From Candidatus Saccharimonadota bacterium (lineage in GTDB: Bacteria; Bacteroidota; Bacteroidia; Flavobacteriales; Blattabacteriaceae), in assembly GCF_028673255.1 (NCBI RefSeq), contig NZ_CP110504.1, forward strand, positions 120,001 to 152,000: a stretch of 32,000 nt of DNA, written 5' to 3'. Position numbers and translations under genes: made by a program. The notes beneath the pieces are model-generated. The model saw only the letters and a list, made by a program, of their open reading frames with translations, was not told the origin of the DNA and searched no databases. Numbering within the stretch: the first letter of the stretch is position 1; each line of letters begins with the position of its first letter. Shown here piece by piece: positions 18,629 through 31,835 of the stretch.

Positions 18629-19819
18629 TTAAATTATTTTTTGTATTGCTTTTTTTGTAATTTTAATTTGTTTCTTTTTAAACCATTCGAAAGAAAAAGT
18701 ATATTTATTAAATATTTTCTCACAGATATAATGTAATCCTCTAGCTCCAATATTTAATTTCATCGCTTTTTTAATTATTAACTCAATAGCTTTTTTAGTA
18801 ATTGAAAAATCTATTTTATCCAATTTTAAAAGATTTTTATATTGTTTTAAAATTGAATTTTTGGTTGATAATAATATCTCTTTATATTCTTTTTCAGTAA
18901 AATTTTGTAACTGACAAATTATAGGCCATCTACCAAGAAATTCTGGAATAAAACCAAAATTAATTAAATCTTCTGATTTTAGTGAATCAAATAATTCTTT
19001 CTTATTGTCTTTTCTTTTCTTATTAAAACCTATTTTTGATACATTTAATCTGTTATAAACTATTTCATCTAATCCTGCAAATGTACCACCAGATAGAAAA
19101 AGTATATCTTTTGTATTTATAGATACCATTGGGTTCTCCGGATGTTTTCTACCAAATTGTGTTGAGATATTCACATATGATCCTTCTAAAATCTTAAGTA
19201 AAGCTTGTTGTACTCCTTCGCCTGAAACATCTCTTGTTATTGAAGTATTATGAATACTTTTTTTAGAAATTTTATCTATTTCATCTATAAAGATAATACC
19301 TTTTTCAGCTAAGTTTAAATCAAAATTAGCTTTTTGCAACAATTTAGTTAATATATTTTCTACATCATCTCCAACATATCCAGCTTCAGTCAATGAAGTA
19401 GCATCAACTATTGCTAAAGGAAGATTTAAAAATCTAGCAAGACTTTTTGCAAACAGAGTTTTTCCAGTACCTGTATTTCCTATTAACAATATATTAGCTT
19501 TATTTACTTCTATTTTATTTTCAGATAAAATAAGCCTTTTGTAATGATTATAAATTGATACAGAAACTATTTGTTTCGCTTCTTCTTGGCCAATAATATA
19601 TTTATCTAAATAATATTTAATATTCTTTGGTGTGACAATTAGCTGTTGAGTATTTTTTGCATTCTTAAAATTAATATATATTTTATATATATATAGTATT
19701 TTTATAATACAATTATTACATACCAAATCACTATCAAATATGAAGACTTTAATTAATTCTTTTTTTTTTGCACTACAAAAAGAACATCTTAAAGATGTCT
19801 TAAATTTTATATTCAACAT
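18629..19819 (-). CDS. clpX: ATP-dependent Clp protease ATP-binding subunit ClpX
   Basis: 396 aa. The N-terminal C4 zinc motif is CSFCSAKK...CNNC. Walker A is GNTGTGKT, Walker B is IIFIDEIDK, and GARGL is present. Confidence 0.95.
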   Translation of the reverse strand: MLNIKFKTSLRCSFCSAKKKELIKVFIFDSDLVCNNCIIKILYIYKIYINFKNAKNTQQLIVTPKNIKYYLDKYIIGQEEAKQIVSVSIYNHYKRLILSENKIEVNKANILLIGNTGTGKTLFAKSLARFLNLPLAIVDATSLTEAGYVGDDVENILTKLLQKANFDLNLAEKGIIFIDEIDKISKKSIHNTSITRDVSGEGVQQALLKILEGSYVNISTQFGRKHPENPMVSINTKDILFLSGGTFAGLDEIVYNRLNVSKIGFNKKRKDNKKELFDSLKSEDLINFGFIPEFLGRWPIICQLQNFTEKEYKEILLSTKNSILKQYKNLLKLDKIDFSITKKAIELIIKKAMKLNIGARGLHYICEKIFNKYTFSFEWFKKKQIKITKKAIQKII

Positions 19820-19831
19820 AATTCCAACAAG

Positions 19832-20494
19832 TTACAAAATTTCATCAATAATACCATATGCTTTCGCTTCTTTGGAATTCATCCAATATTCCCTATCAGA
19901 ATCTTTTTCGATCTTTTTAAATTGTTGTCCAGTATGTTTGCTAAGAATTTCATATAATTCTTTTTTTAGCTTGAAAATTTCTCTTGTAGATATTTCGAGA
20001 TCTGACAATTGTCCTTTTACAGAACCAATCGGTTGATGTATCATGACTCTTGAGTGTTTTAAAATATAACGTTTGCCCTTATAACCAGCACATAGTAATA
20101 TAGCCGCCATTGAGGCTGCTAGACCAGTACAAATAGTAGAAACCTTAGGCTTTACAATCTGCATCGTATCATATATACTTAATCCTGATGATATATTCCC
20201 TCCTGGAGAGTTTATATATATCTGTATATCTTGTTTGTTATCTATAGATTCTAAAAATAAAATCTGGGCTTGAATTATACTAGAAATTTTATCAACGATT
20301 GGAGTACCTAAGAAAATAATTCTATCCATCAAAAGACGTGAAAATACATCCATTTGAGAAAAATTTAATTTTCTTTCTTCTATTATATAAGGTGTAATGG
20401 AATTTTTCATTGAATTTAAATAATAACATAGAGTTTTCTTATCTATCGCTTTTTTTTGAATTGCATAATTTTGAAATTCTTTCAAATAATTCAT
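19832..20494 (-). CDS. clpP: ATP-dependent Clp protease proteolytic subunit ClpP
   Basis: 220 aa, with INSPGG, the catalytic-Ser context GLAASMAA, and MIHQP. The clpP-clpX order is canonical. Confidence 0.95.
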   Translation of the reverse strand: MNYLKEFQNYAIQKKAIDKKTLCYYLNSMKNSITPYIIEERKLNFSQMDVFSRLLMDRIIFLGTPIVDKISSIIQAQILFLESIDNKQDIQIYINSPGGNISSGLSIYDTMQIVKPKVSTICTGLAASMAAILLCAGYKGKRYILKHSRVMIHQPIGSVKGQLSDLEISTREIFKLKKELYEILSKHTGQQFKKIEKDSDREYWMNSKEAKAYGIIDEIL

Positions 20495-20546
20495 ATTCTT
20501 ATTTGCGCATTTGTTTTAAGACTTAAAACATATAAATATATATTAT

Positions 20547-21635
20547 TTATAAATTTTCATATTCTTCTTTGCGCATACTAAAGTTTAATTCAATTAATTT
20601 TACTAAAGTTATTTCGATCGTTAATCTCTTATTATAACTTTTGCGAATAAAGTTATCAGTTTTTTCACATATTATTAAAGCTTTAATTAAAAAATTAGAA
20701 GATACTTTCTTGGATTGTGCATATAATCTGTTTTTAAATTTTTCAGAATAATTAAAGAATTGAATTGTTCCATTATTTTTAAGAACTAATAAATTTCTAA
20801 AATGAGCTGCAATATGATTAATAAAACAATTTCTATTTATCCCTTTTTTTATAAGTTTCTCAAAATAAAGTAAAGTTTTCAAGATATTTTTATCAATTAT
20901 ATTTTTATCAATTATTAACTCAGTAATTTGTAAGCAGTATTGAATATCTAATATTCCTAATTGCTTTGCAACAATTTTACGTGATATTTTGTTATTAGAA
21001 AAAAGCTTTAATCTATCAAAAGAAGATAAAGCATCTCTTAAAGAGCCTTCAGAATTTTCAGCAATTAATAATAACGCATCCTTTTCGTATTCTACGTTTT
21101 CCAACGTACAAATTTTAATTAAAGCTTTCATTAAATTTTTAATATTAATATGTTTAAAATCATATATTTGACAACGTGATAATACAGTAGGTAAAACTTT
21201 ATTTTTTTCGGTAGTTGCTAAAATAAAAATAACATGTGAAGGAGGTTCTTCTAAAACTTTTAAAAAAGCATTAAAGGCAGAATGTGAGAGCATATGAACT
21301 TCATCAATAATATAAATATTGTATTTTCCGCAAAATGGCAAATAATTTAATTTCTTAATAATGTCTTTAATATCATCGACTGAATTATTGGATGCAGCAT
21401 CCAATTCATATGCTGAATCCAATTCAATAACATTATTAAGTTTTCTAGCTAAAATTCTTGCACAGGTAGTTTTACCAACTCCTTTAGGACCACAAAATAA
21501 AAAAGACTTTGCTACTTTTTTTTGGCTTATCGCTTGTTTTAAAGTATCAGTTATATGTTTTTGTCCAATTACATTCTCAAAATCTAAAGGACGATATTTA
21601 ATCGCTGAAATTTGATATTTACTAGCTTTACTCAT
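20547..21635 (-). CDS. dnaX: DNA polymerase III gamma/tau subunit, gamma-length only
   Basis: 362 aa. It has Walker A GPKGVGKTT, YIIDEVHMLS, the sensor SRCQ, and GSLRDALS. There is no sequence beyond the clamp-loader domains I-III. Confidence 0.9.
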   Translation of the reverse strand: MSKASKYQISAIKYRPLDFENVIGQKHITDTLKQAISQKKVAKSFLFCGPKGVGKTTCARILARKLNNVIELDSAYELDAASNNSVDDIKDIIKKLNYLPFCGKYNIYIIDEVHMLSHSAFNAFLKVLEEPPSHVIFILATTEKNKVLPTVLSRCQIYDFKHINIKNLMKALIKICTLENVEYEKDALLLIAENSEGSLRDALSSFDRLKLFSNNKISRKIVAKQLGILDIQYCLQITELIIDKNIIDKNILKTLLYFEKLIKKGINRNCFINHIAAHFRNLLVLKNNGTIQFFNYSEKFKNRLYAQSKKVSSNFLIKALIICEKTDNFIRKSYNKRLTIEITLVKLIELNFSMRKEEYENL

Positions 21636-21785
21636 CTTTTTTTTTTATCTTTTCTTCATGAACTTTTTTCTTCGTAATAAGGAAGATAAATACTTCTGAT
21701 GTCTAAAGAAAAAGTACCAAAATACAAACACGTAAATATAATACTAAAATCTTTATTTCTAGCTAATTAATAAATATTCAAACAA

Positions 21786-21893
21786 TGGGCGATACCTACT
21801 CTTCCAGAAAAACTAGTACCATCGGCGCTAATAAGTTTAACTTCTCTGTTCGGAATGGTAAGAGGTGGAACATTATTGCTATAATCGCCCACT
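21786..21893 (-). rRNA. rrf: 5S ribosomal RNA
   Basis: The reverse complement contains gggcgattatagc...ccacctcttaccattccgaacagagaagttaa...agcgccgatggtact...gagtaggtatcgccc, a typical 5S core. Ends are approximate. Confidence 0.85.
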
Positions 21894-21945
21894 GCATTAG
21901 AAACAAAAATTATAACTAAGATCTCAGAGCATACAATAGAAAATT

Positions 21946-24822
<2,877 letters not shown>

Positions 24823-24857
24823 TTAAATCTTACTATGTATGCTGCTTGCTCTTTTAT

Positions 24858-24931
24858 TGGAGGAGATCGGATTCGAACCGATGACCTCCTGCGTGCAAAG
24901 CAGTGGCTCTAACCTCCTGAGCTAAACCCCC
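24858..24931 (-). tRNA. tRNA-Ala (anticodon TGC) in the 16S-23S spacer
   Basis: The reverse complement is gggggtttagctcaggaggttagagccactgctttgcacgcaggaggtcatcggttcgaatccgatctcctcca. The G3:U70 identity pair is present and the anticodon loop is tttgcac. The two innermost acceptor pairs are mismatched (U6-U67, U7-C66). Confidence 0.85.
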
Positions 24932-24936
24932 AGTAA

Positions 24937-25010
24937 TAGTCTCAGCTGGATTTGAACCAGCGACCTCTACATTATCAGTGTAGTGCTCTTACCTTCTGAG
25001 CTATAAGACT
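24937..25010 (-). tRNA. tRNA-Ile (anticodon GAT) in the 16S-23S spacer
   Basis: The reverse complement is agtcttatagctcagaaggtaagagcactacactgataatgtagaggtcgctggttcaaatccagctgagacta. The anticodon loop is ctgataa. Only 5 nt separate it from tRNA-Ala. Confidence 0.9.
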
Positions 25011-25036
25011 GCTTTATTCTTTTAATAGCTTTCATT

Positions 25037-26584
<1,548 letters not shown>

Positions 26585-26705
26585 TTTTAATAAAAAAAAA
26601 TTAAAAAATATTTTTGCATGTGTTATGTTCTTTATATTCTCTATTTTTTCTTATATCCAAATATTAATTTTCAAGTATTTTTAATGAAATTATAATACAT
26701 ATTTA

Positions 26706-27904
26706 ATGAAAAAAAGAATTTGTCACAAAAGAAAGAATTTGTTTGGTCGTAAAGGAAAAGGGAACCAAGTGAATCAAAACAAAATTAACAAAATTAACAA
26801 AATTAACAAAAAAGCATTTAAAACAAAAAAAGATTCATATAATATATCTAAATATATTTTAATTAATTTTAAAAATTCAGATTTTAATTTTAAAGTGCCA
26901 AAAAAATTAATACCTAATAAACCAAGACTCTCTAAGAATAGAACTAGACTTATGGTTTTAAATCGAATGAATATGACTATTCAGCATAAATATATGAATG
27001 ATTTTAATAGTTATTTTATTACAGGAGATACTCTCGTTTTAAATAATACTAAAATGTATAAATATATATTATATGGAAAAAAAGAAAAAAATGGATCAGA
27101 TCTACAAGTCTATTTATTAAGAGAAATTAATCCAAATGAAAAATCATGGGAAGTACTGGTTCAACCAGCTCGTAAAATTAGAATTGGAAATAGACTTTTC
27201 TTCTTAGATGAAAACAATGAAAAACTTATTGCTGTAGTACATGATAATACGATTTCCAAAGGACGTATTATAAAATTTACTTGCGATTTACCAAATCAAA
27301 TCTTTAAAAACAAAATTAAAAATTTAGGTAAAATACAATCTGGACTAATCAAATTTTAAAAAGCCTTTTATAGATTTTTCCAATCTGCAGACTATTCTCT
27401 ACTTCTCCTCATTTTCCTGGATTACATATTTCCAAGTATATTTTGAAAAAACTTGAATTCTATGGTATTAATATTTCTTATGTTACCTTGCATCTAGGTC
27501 ATGATACTTATGATAAAATCATTGTCGAAGATATACAAAAACATAAAATGAAAGAAGAATACTTTAAAATAACTCATAAAGCCTGTAATTTTATTAATTA
27601 TAGTATTAATTCACAAAAAAAAGTTTGTGCTATTGGTACAAGTACTTTACGGGCTTTAGAAAGTTCTGTTTCTCCTTCTAATACCTTGATTCCAAATAAA
27701 AAATGGACAAATAAGTTCATTTATCCTTATTATAAATTTCATATAGCAAATTCGTTACTTACTAATTTTCATCAACCTAAATCAACTGTAATGCCTTTAT
27801 TAGCAGCTTTTGTAGGATATGATTTTTTAAAATATGCATATGATCTTGCTATTAAAAAGAAATATCAATTCTATAATTTTGGTGATGCTATGTTAATACT
27901 TTAA
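26706..27904 (+). pseudogene. queA: S-adenosylmethionine:tRNA ribosyltransferase-isomerase (QueA), interrupted by an in-frame TAA (27357..27359) and a frame change near 27399..27400
   Basis: ORF 26706..27359 carries the QueA N-terminal half: SDFNFKVPKKLIPNKP, SRLMVLNR, GDTLVLNNTK, WEVLVQPARK. After the stop, the same frame still reads YRFFQSADYS, which aligns with YQTVYA...GS. Homology then continues in another frame from 27401: TSPHFPGLHIS aligns with AAPTAGLHFT, followed by VTLHLG, AIGTSTLRALES, LTNFHQPKSTVMPLLAAF and YNFGDAMLI. The PLPPYI motif is not recognisable. Confidence 0.7.
26781..26807 (+). repeat. Perfect 3 x 9-bp tandem repeat (aaaattaac)
   Basis: Read directly from the sequence. 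It encodes KINKINKIN inside the roughly 55-codon extension that precedes the canonical QueA N-terminus. Confidence 0.95.
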
Positions 27905-27912
27905 TCTAGCTA

Positions 27913-28329
27913 ATGAAAACTCTTTTAAAAAAAGAACAACGAACGTTAATACTTTTATATTATCTGAAAAAAAAAAAGATTCTATATAATTACTTAATTA
28001 CTCTAGGAAATAAAATAAATTTTTATAAACCCAAATTCATTAATAAGAAAAATATATTAAATGGTTGTAAATCTCACCTATGGCTAGGTTTTTTGTATAA
28101 AAAGAGAAAAATTTACGTTTTTTCTTATAGTAATTCCATTCTAATAATGGGGTTTTCATTTTTAATTACAAAGATATATTCAAATAACTTCCCAATTGAT
28201 ATAATAAATCATAAAACTTCATTAAGTTATAATTCTTTGTTAAGCGAACTTTTCAGTTATAATCGTACTAATACAATTAAATTTATTTTAAATAAAATTA
28301 AGCAAGAAGCATTAAAATATTTAATTTAA
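27913..28329 (+). CDS. sufE: SufE-like cysteine desulfuration (sulfur acceptor) protein
   Basis: 138 aa. NGCKSHLWLGF matches the SufE active-site block GC.S.vWl. The following ...SNSILIMGFSFLI aligns with aDSDa.ivkGl.all, and a C-terminal R.N..... block is present. The protein is divergent. Confidence 0.6.
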   Translation: MKTLLKKEQRTLILLYYLKKKKILYNYLITLGNKINFYKPKFINKKNILNGCKSHLWLGFLYKKRKIYVFSYSNSILIMGFSFLITKIYSNNFPIDIINHKTSLSYNSLLSELFSYNRTNTIKFILNKIKQEALKYLI

Positions 28330-28968
28330 ATGGCTCTTATTTTGATAATGGATTCTACTACTACTATATGTTCTATTTCTTTAATATATAAAAAGTTATT
28401 ATTAAAAAATATAACGTTTTCACCTAGAAAATTTCTGCATATAAATATTATTCATTTAATAATTATAAATATTTTAAAATCTTGCAACTTGGCAAGTATA
28501 TATTTAAAAGCATTAGCATTCAATTTTGGTCCTGGATCATATACAAGCATTAAAATAGGGTTCGCAGCGTCACTAGGACTTGTATATGGTCTGAATATTA
28601 AATTAATTTATTTCAATTATCCAGAATTTGTGAATTTCACTAACAATAGTATAATTCTAATTAAAGATAATAGAAAGACGATTTCTACCTCTTGTATTAT
28701 AAAGAACAAGTTATTTGTTAATTTAAAAAAAAACATGATTTATAATCTATTAAAAAGTAAAATTATAAAAAAAATATATTTATTCGATAGTAAAAGAAAC
28801 CCCGTTAAGTATAAGAAAAAAGTTATTGGTCTTGGAAATAAGGAGTATATAAATATTAACAGATTTAAATTAAATACAAAAATTTTTATTTCGAAAATTT
28901 TTTTAAAAATTAAACAAAATATAAAAAATGAAAAAACTATACTAACTAAATATTTCTATAAAAAATAA
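28330..28968 (+). CDS. tsaB: tRNA t6A biosynthesis protein TsaB (YeaZ family), divergent
   Basis: 212 aa. The N-terminus ILIMDSTTTICSISL aligns with ilaiDTs...csvAl. The block LKALAFNFGPGSYTSIKIGFAASLGL aligns with GPGSFTGlRiG...akgl. Confidence 0.65.
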   Translation: MALILIMDSTTTICSISLIYKKLLLKNITFSPRKFLHINIIHLIIINILKSCNLASIYLKALAFNFGPGSYTSIKIGFAASLGLVYGLNIKLIYFNYPEFVNFTNNSIILIKDNRKTISTSCIIKNKLFVNLKKNMIYNLLKSKIIKKIYLFDSKRNPVKYKKKVIGLGNKEYININRFKLNTKIFISKIFLKIKQNIKNEKTILTKYFYKK

Positions 28969-29083
28969 ATAATTATTATTGTAGCATGTTTGTCCTTTAG
29001 TTCTAAGTTGTTTTTTTTTAATAACTTTTATACAAAATCAATAATTTATTAAAAAACCAAATTCACAGACATTCTTAATATTT

Positions 29084-29157
29084 GCCGGAATAGCTCAGTT
29101 GGTCAGAGCACGTGATTTGTAATCTCGGTGTCAAGGGTTCGAATCCCTTTTCCGGCT
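29084..29157 (+). tRNA. tRNA-Thr (anticodon TGT)
   Basis: The sequence is gccggaatagctcagttggtcagagcacgtgatttgtaatctcggtgtcaagggttcgaatcccttttccggct. The anticodon loop is tttgtaa and the acceptor is gccggaa/ttccggc. Confidence 0.9.
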
Positions 29158-29176
29158 ATAATTTTTGTATAAAATA

Positions 29177-29258
29177 GGGGTGATACTCAAGTGGTCAACG
29201 AGAACAGACTGTAAATCTGCTGGTTTAACCTTCGTAGGTTCGAATCCTACTCTCCCCA
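29177..29258 (+). tRNA. tRNA-Tyr (anticodon GTA), with a long variable arm
   Basis: The sequence is ggggtgatactcaagtggtcaacgagaacagactgtaaatctgctggtttaaccttcgtaggttcgaatcctactctcccca. The anticodon loop is ctgtaaa. There is one acceptor mismatch (U5-U68). Confidence 0.9.
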
Positions 29259-29267
29259 TTTTTATAA

Positions 29268-29338
29268 GCGGAAATAACTCAGTGGCAGAGTATCAGCCTT
29301 CCACGTTGAAAACACGGGTTCGAACCCCGTTTTCCGCT
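29268..29338 (+). tRNA. tRNA-Gly (anticodon TCC)
   Basis: The sequence is gcggaaataactcagtggcagagtatcagccttccacgttgaaaacacgggttcgaaccccgttttccgct. The anticodon loop is cttccac. Confidence 0.9.
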
Positions 29339-29348
29339 TATATATTAA

Positions 29349-29421
29349 GCCAATGTAACTCAATTGGTAGAGTACTTTCTTGGTATGAAAGAAGCAACGG
29401 GTTCAAAACCCGTCATTGGCT
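29349..29421 (+). tRNA. tRNA-Thr (anticodon GGT)
   Basis: The sequence is gccaatgtaactcaattggtagagtactttcttggtatgaaagaagcaacgggttcaaaacccgtcattggct. The anticodon arm is ctttc-ttggtat-gaaag. Confidence 0.9.
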
Positions 29422-29451
29422 ATTCATATTAATTAGTAATTCTGAAAATTA

Positions 29452-30639
29452 ATGCGAAAAGAAATTTTTAAGCGTGAAAAACCACATTTAAATATAGGTA
29501 CTATAGGACATGTTGATCATGGTAAAACGACATTAACAGCAGCAATAACTAATGTTTTAGCTAAAAAAGGATTAGCACTTGCTAAAGAATTTAGTGCTAT
29601 AGATAATGCTCCAGAAGAAAAGGAAAGAGGTATAACAATTAATACATCACATGTTGAATACGAAACATTAGAAAGACATTATGCCCACGTAGATTGTCCA
29701 GGACATGCAGATTATATTAAAAATATGGTGACAGGTGCGGCTCAAATGGATGGTGCGATTTTAGTAATTTCTGCTACTGATGGACCAATGCCACAAACTA
29801 GAGAACATATCTTATTAGCTAGACAAGTAGGAGTTCCTAATATTGTAGTATTCCTAAATAAGATAGAAATGGTAGATGATAAAGAATTGATTGAATTAGT
29901 AGAATTAGAAATACGCGATTTATTGTCTAAATATGAATATGATGGTAAAAATACTCCTATAATACATGGCTCTGCTTTATGCGCTCTTAATGGGATAAGT
30001 AAATGGGAATCCAAAATATTAGAGCTAATGAAAGCAGTAGATAAACATATAAAAATTCCAAAAAGACAAAAAGACAAAAAGTTTTTAATGCCGATAGAAG
30101 ATGTTTTTACTATAACTGGAAGAGGTACAGTTGCAACTGGACGCATCGAATCAGGGATTATTAAAACAGGAGATTCTATTGAAATTTTAGGTCTAAGTGA
30201 AAAAAAAATTAATTCAATAGTTACAGGAGTCGAAATGTTTCGAAAAATATTGGCTAAAGGTGAAGCAGGTGATAATGTAGGTCTTTTATTAAGAAGTATA
30301 GAAAAACAAGATATTAGAAGAGGAATGGTAATTGCTAAACCTGGTACAGTTTCGGTACACAGAAAATTTAAAGCTCAAATATACATTTTAAAAAAAGATG
30401 AAGGAGGTCGCCATACTCCTTTCTACAATAATTATAAACCTCAATTCTACTTAAGAACTACGGATGTAACTGGGACAATAAAATTTTCTAAAACAATTGA
30501 AATGGTAATGCCAGGGGATAATATAACACTAGAAGTAGAATTGCTTCAACCTGTTGCTTTAAATAAAGGATTAAAATTTGCAATAAGAGAAGGAGGTCAT
30601 ACTGTAGGAGCTGGAAAAATTACTAAAATATTAGAATAA
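29452..30639 (+). CDS. tuf: Elongation factor Tu
   Basis: 395 aa, highly conserved: [37 protein letters not shown]. Confidence 0.98.
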   Translation: MRKEIFKREKPHLNIGTIGHVDHGKTTLTAAITNVLAKKGLALAKEFSAIDNAPEEKERGITINTSHVEYETLERHYAHVDCPGHADYIKNMVTGAAQMDGAILVISATDGPMPQTREHILLARQVGVPNIVVFLNKIEMVDDKELIELVELEIRDLLSKYEYDGKNTPIIHGSALCALNGISKWESKILELMKAVDKHIKIPKRQKDKKFLMPIEDVFTITGRGTVATGRIESGIIKTGDSIEILGLSEKKINSIVTGVEMFRKILAKGEAGDNVGLLLRSIEKQDIRRGMVIAKPGTVSVHRKFKAQIYILKKDEGGRHTPFYNNYKPQFYLRTTDVTGTIKFSKTIEMVMPGDNITLEVELLQPVALNKGLKFAIREGGHTVGAGKITKILE

Positions 30640-30647
30640 TATGTTTT

Positions 30648-30721
30648 ACGGGTGTAGCTTATCTTGGTAGAGCATCGGTCTCCAAAACCGAAGGTGGTAA
30701 GTTCGATTCTTACCATCCGTG
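30648..30721 (+). tRNA. tRNA-Trp (anticodon CCA)
   Basis: The sequence is acgggtgtagcttatcttggtagagcatcggtctccaaaaccgaaggtggtaagttcgattcttaccatccgtg. The anticodon loop is ctccaaa. A CCA anticodon argues for the standard UGG-only Trp code. Confidence 0.9.
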
Positions 30722-30759
30722 ATATACATGCTAAATTATTATTTAAATTTTAAAAAAAA

Positions 30760-31185
30760 ATGAATAGTAAAAAAGTTATAAAAATTATTAAACTAAATTT
30801 AAAAGGAGGATTAGCTAACCCTTCTCCACCAATAGGACCGATACTAGGAACAGCAGGAATAAATATTCTTGAATTTTGTAAATTATATAATAAAAAAACT
30901 TGCAATCAAATGGGAAAACTAATACCAGTAGTTATAAAAGTAAATGAAGATAGAAGTTTTAAAATTAAGATAAAAACTCCCACAACATCTTCTTTATTAT
31001 TAGATGTTTTGAATCTAGAAAAAGGATCTAACGCATCAAAAACAAAAAAAATAGGAGTAATTTCTATGAAAAGACTAAAAGAATTAGCAATTAAAAAAAT
31101 TAAAGACATGAATTGTTTTAAAATAGATTCAGCTATAAAAATGATAATTGGAACAGCTAAAACTTTAGGAATTGAAATAAAGTAA
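30760..31185 (+). CDS. rplK: 50S ribosomal protein L11
   Basis: 141 aa, with GLANPSPPIGPILGTAGINILEFCKLYN and a typical L11 C-terminal domain. Confidence 0.9.
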   Translation: MNSKKVIKIIKLNLKGGLANPSPPIGPILGTAGINILEFCKLYNKKTCNQMGKLIPVVIKVNEDRSFKIKIKTPTTSSLLLDVLNLEKGSNASKTKKIGVISMKRLKELAIKKIKDMNCFKIDSAIKMIIGTAKTLGIEIK

Positions 31186-31193
31186 AGAAAAAA

Positions 31194-31829
31194 ATGAAAA
31201 ACAAATTATATAGTATACAAGAAGCTATTGTTCATATGAAAAAAGAAAATAAAAACAAAAATTATGCTTCGATTGACATAGATCTAGTTTTAAATATCGA
31301 ATATAAAACAAATAATATTCCTATTAGGATACAAGTTAATTTACCTTACGGCAATGGTAAAAAATATAAAATATTATCTATGGTAGAAAAAGAAAAAAGA
31401 AATGAAATAAAAAAAAACAACAATATAAAAATTGGATTTAAGAAATATATTGAAAAAATACAAAAAGGATGGACCAAATTTGATATATTAATTGCAACAC
31501 CAAAAACCATGCAGTCAATTGTAAAATTAGTGAAAATTTTAGGCCCAAAAGGATTAATGCCAAATACCATGTTGGGTACTGTAAATAATAATCCACAAAA
31601 AATAATTAATGAAATTAATAGAGGTAAGATATTTCTAAAATCTGATAGATATGGTATTATGCATACTTCTATTGGAAGAATAAATTTTACGAATACACAA
31701 ATTCTAGAAAATTTAAAATCTTTACTATATATTTTAAATATGACCAAAACTCAACACTTAAAAGGAAATTTAATAAAAAAAATATACATTTCAAGTACAA
31801 TGGGCCGAAGTTATAGAATTAAACCTTAA
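31194..31829 (+). CDS. rplA: 50S ribosomal protein L1
   Basis: 211 aa. It has FDILIATPKTM, LGPKGLMPN and GKIFLKSDRYGIMHTSIGR, and it follows rplK. Confidence 0.85.
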   Translation: MKNKLYSIQEAIVHMKKENKNKNYASIDIDLVLNIEYKTNNIPIRIQVNLPYGNGKKYKILSMVEKEKRNEIKKNNNIKIGFKKYIEKIQKGWTKFDILIATPKTMQSIVKLVKILGPKGLMPNTMLGTVNNNPQKIINEINRGKIFLKSDRYGIMHTSIGRINFTNTQILENLKSLLYILNMTKTQHLKGNLIKKIYISSTMGRSYRIKP

Positions 31830-31835
31830 AAGATT

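Noticed and set aside
26640-26705. A possible Bacteroidota-type promoter for the rRNA operon (minus-strand ttaatatttgg around 26657..26667). A similar taatatttg lies just before tRNA-Thr at 29076..29084.
   Set aside because: The spacing does not fit the TAnnTTTG -7 consensus, and no properly spaced -33 TTTG element is present. The second instance abuts the tRNA 5' end, so it cannot be a -7 box. I cannot support either from sequence alone.
29165-29452. A 95-aa ORF upstream of tuf.
   Set aside because: It runs straight through the tRNA-Tyr, tRNA-Gly and tRNA-Thr genes, so it is a by-product of the tRNA sequence.
30648-30721. The possibility of UGA-to-Trp recoding, as seen in some tiny symbiont genomes.
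   Set aside because: The tRNA-Trp anticodon is CCA, not UCA. infC terminates at a TGA that sits exactly at the expected protein end. All conserved genes are full length under the standard code.
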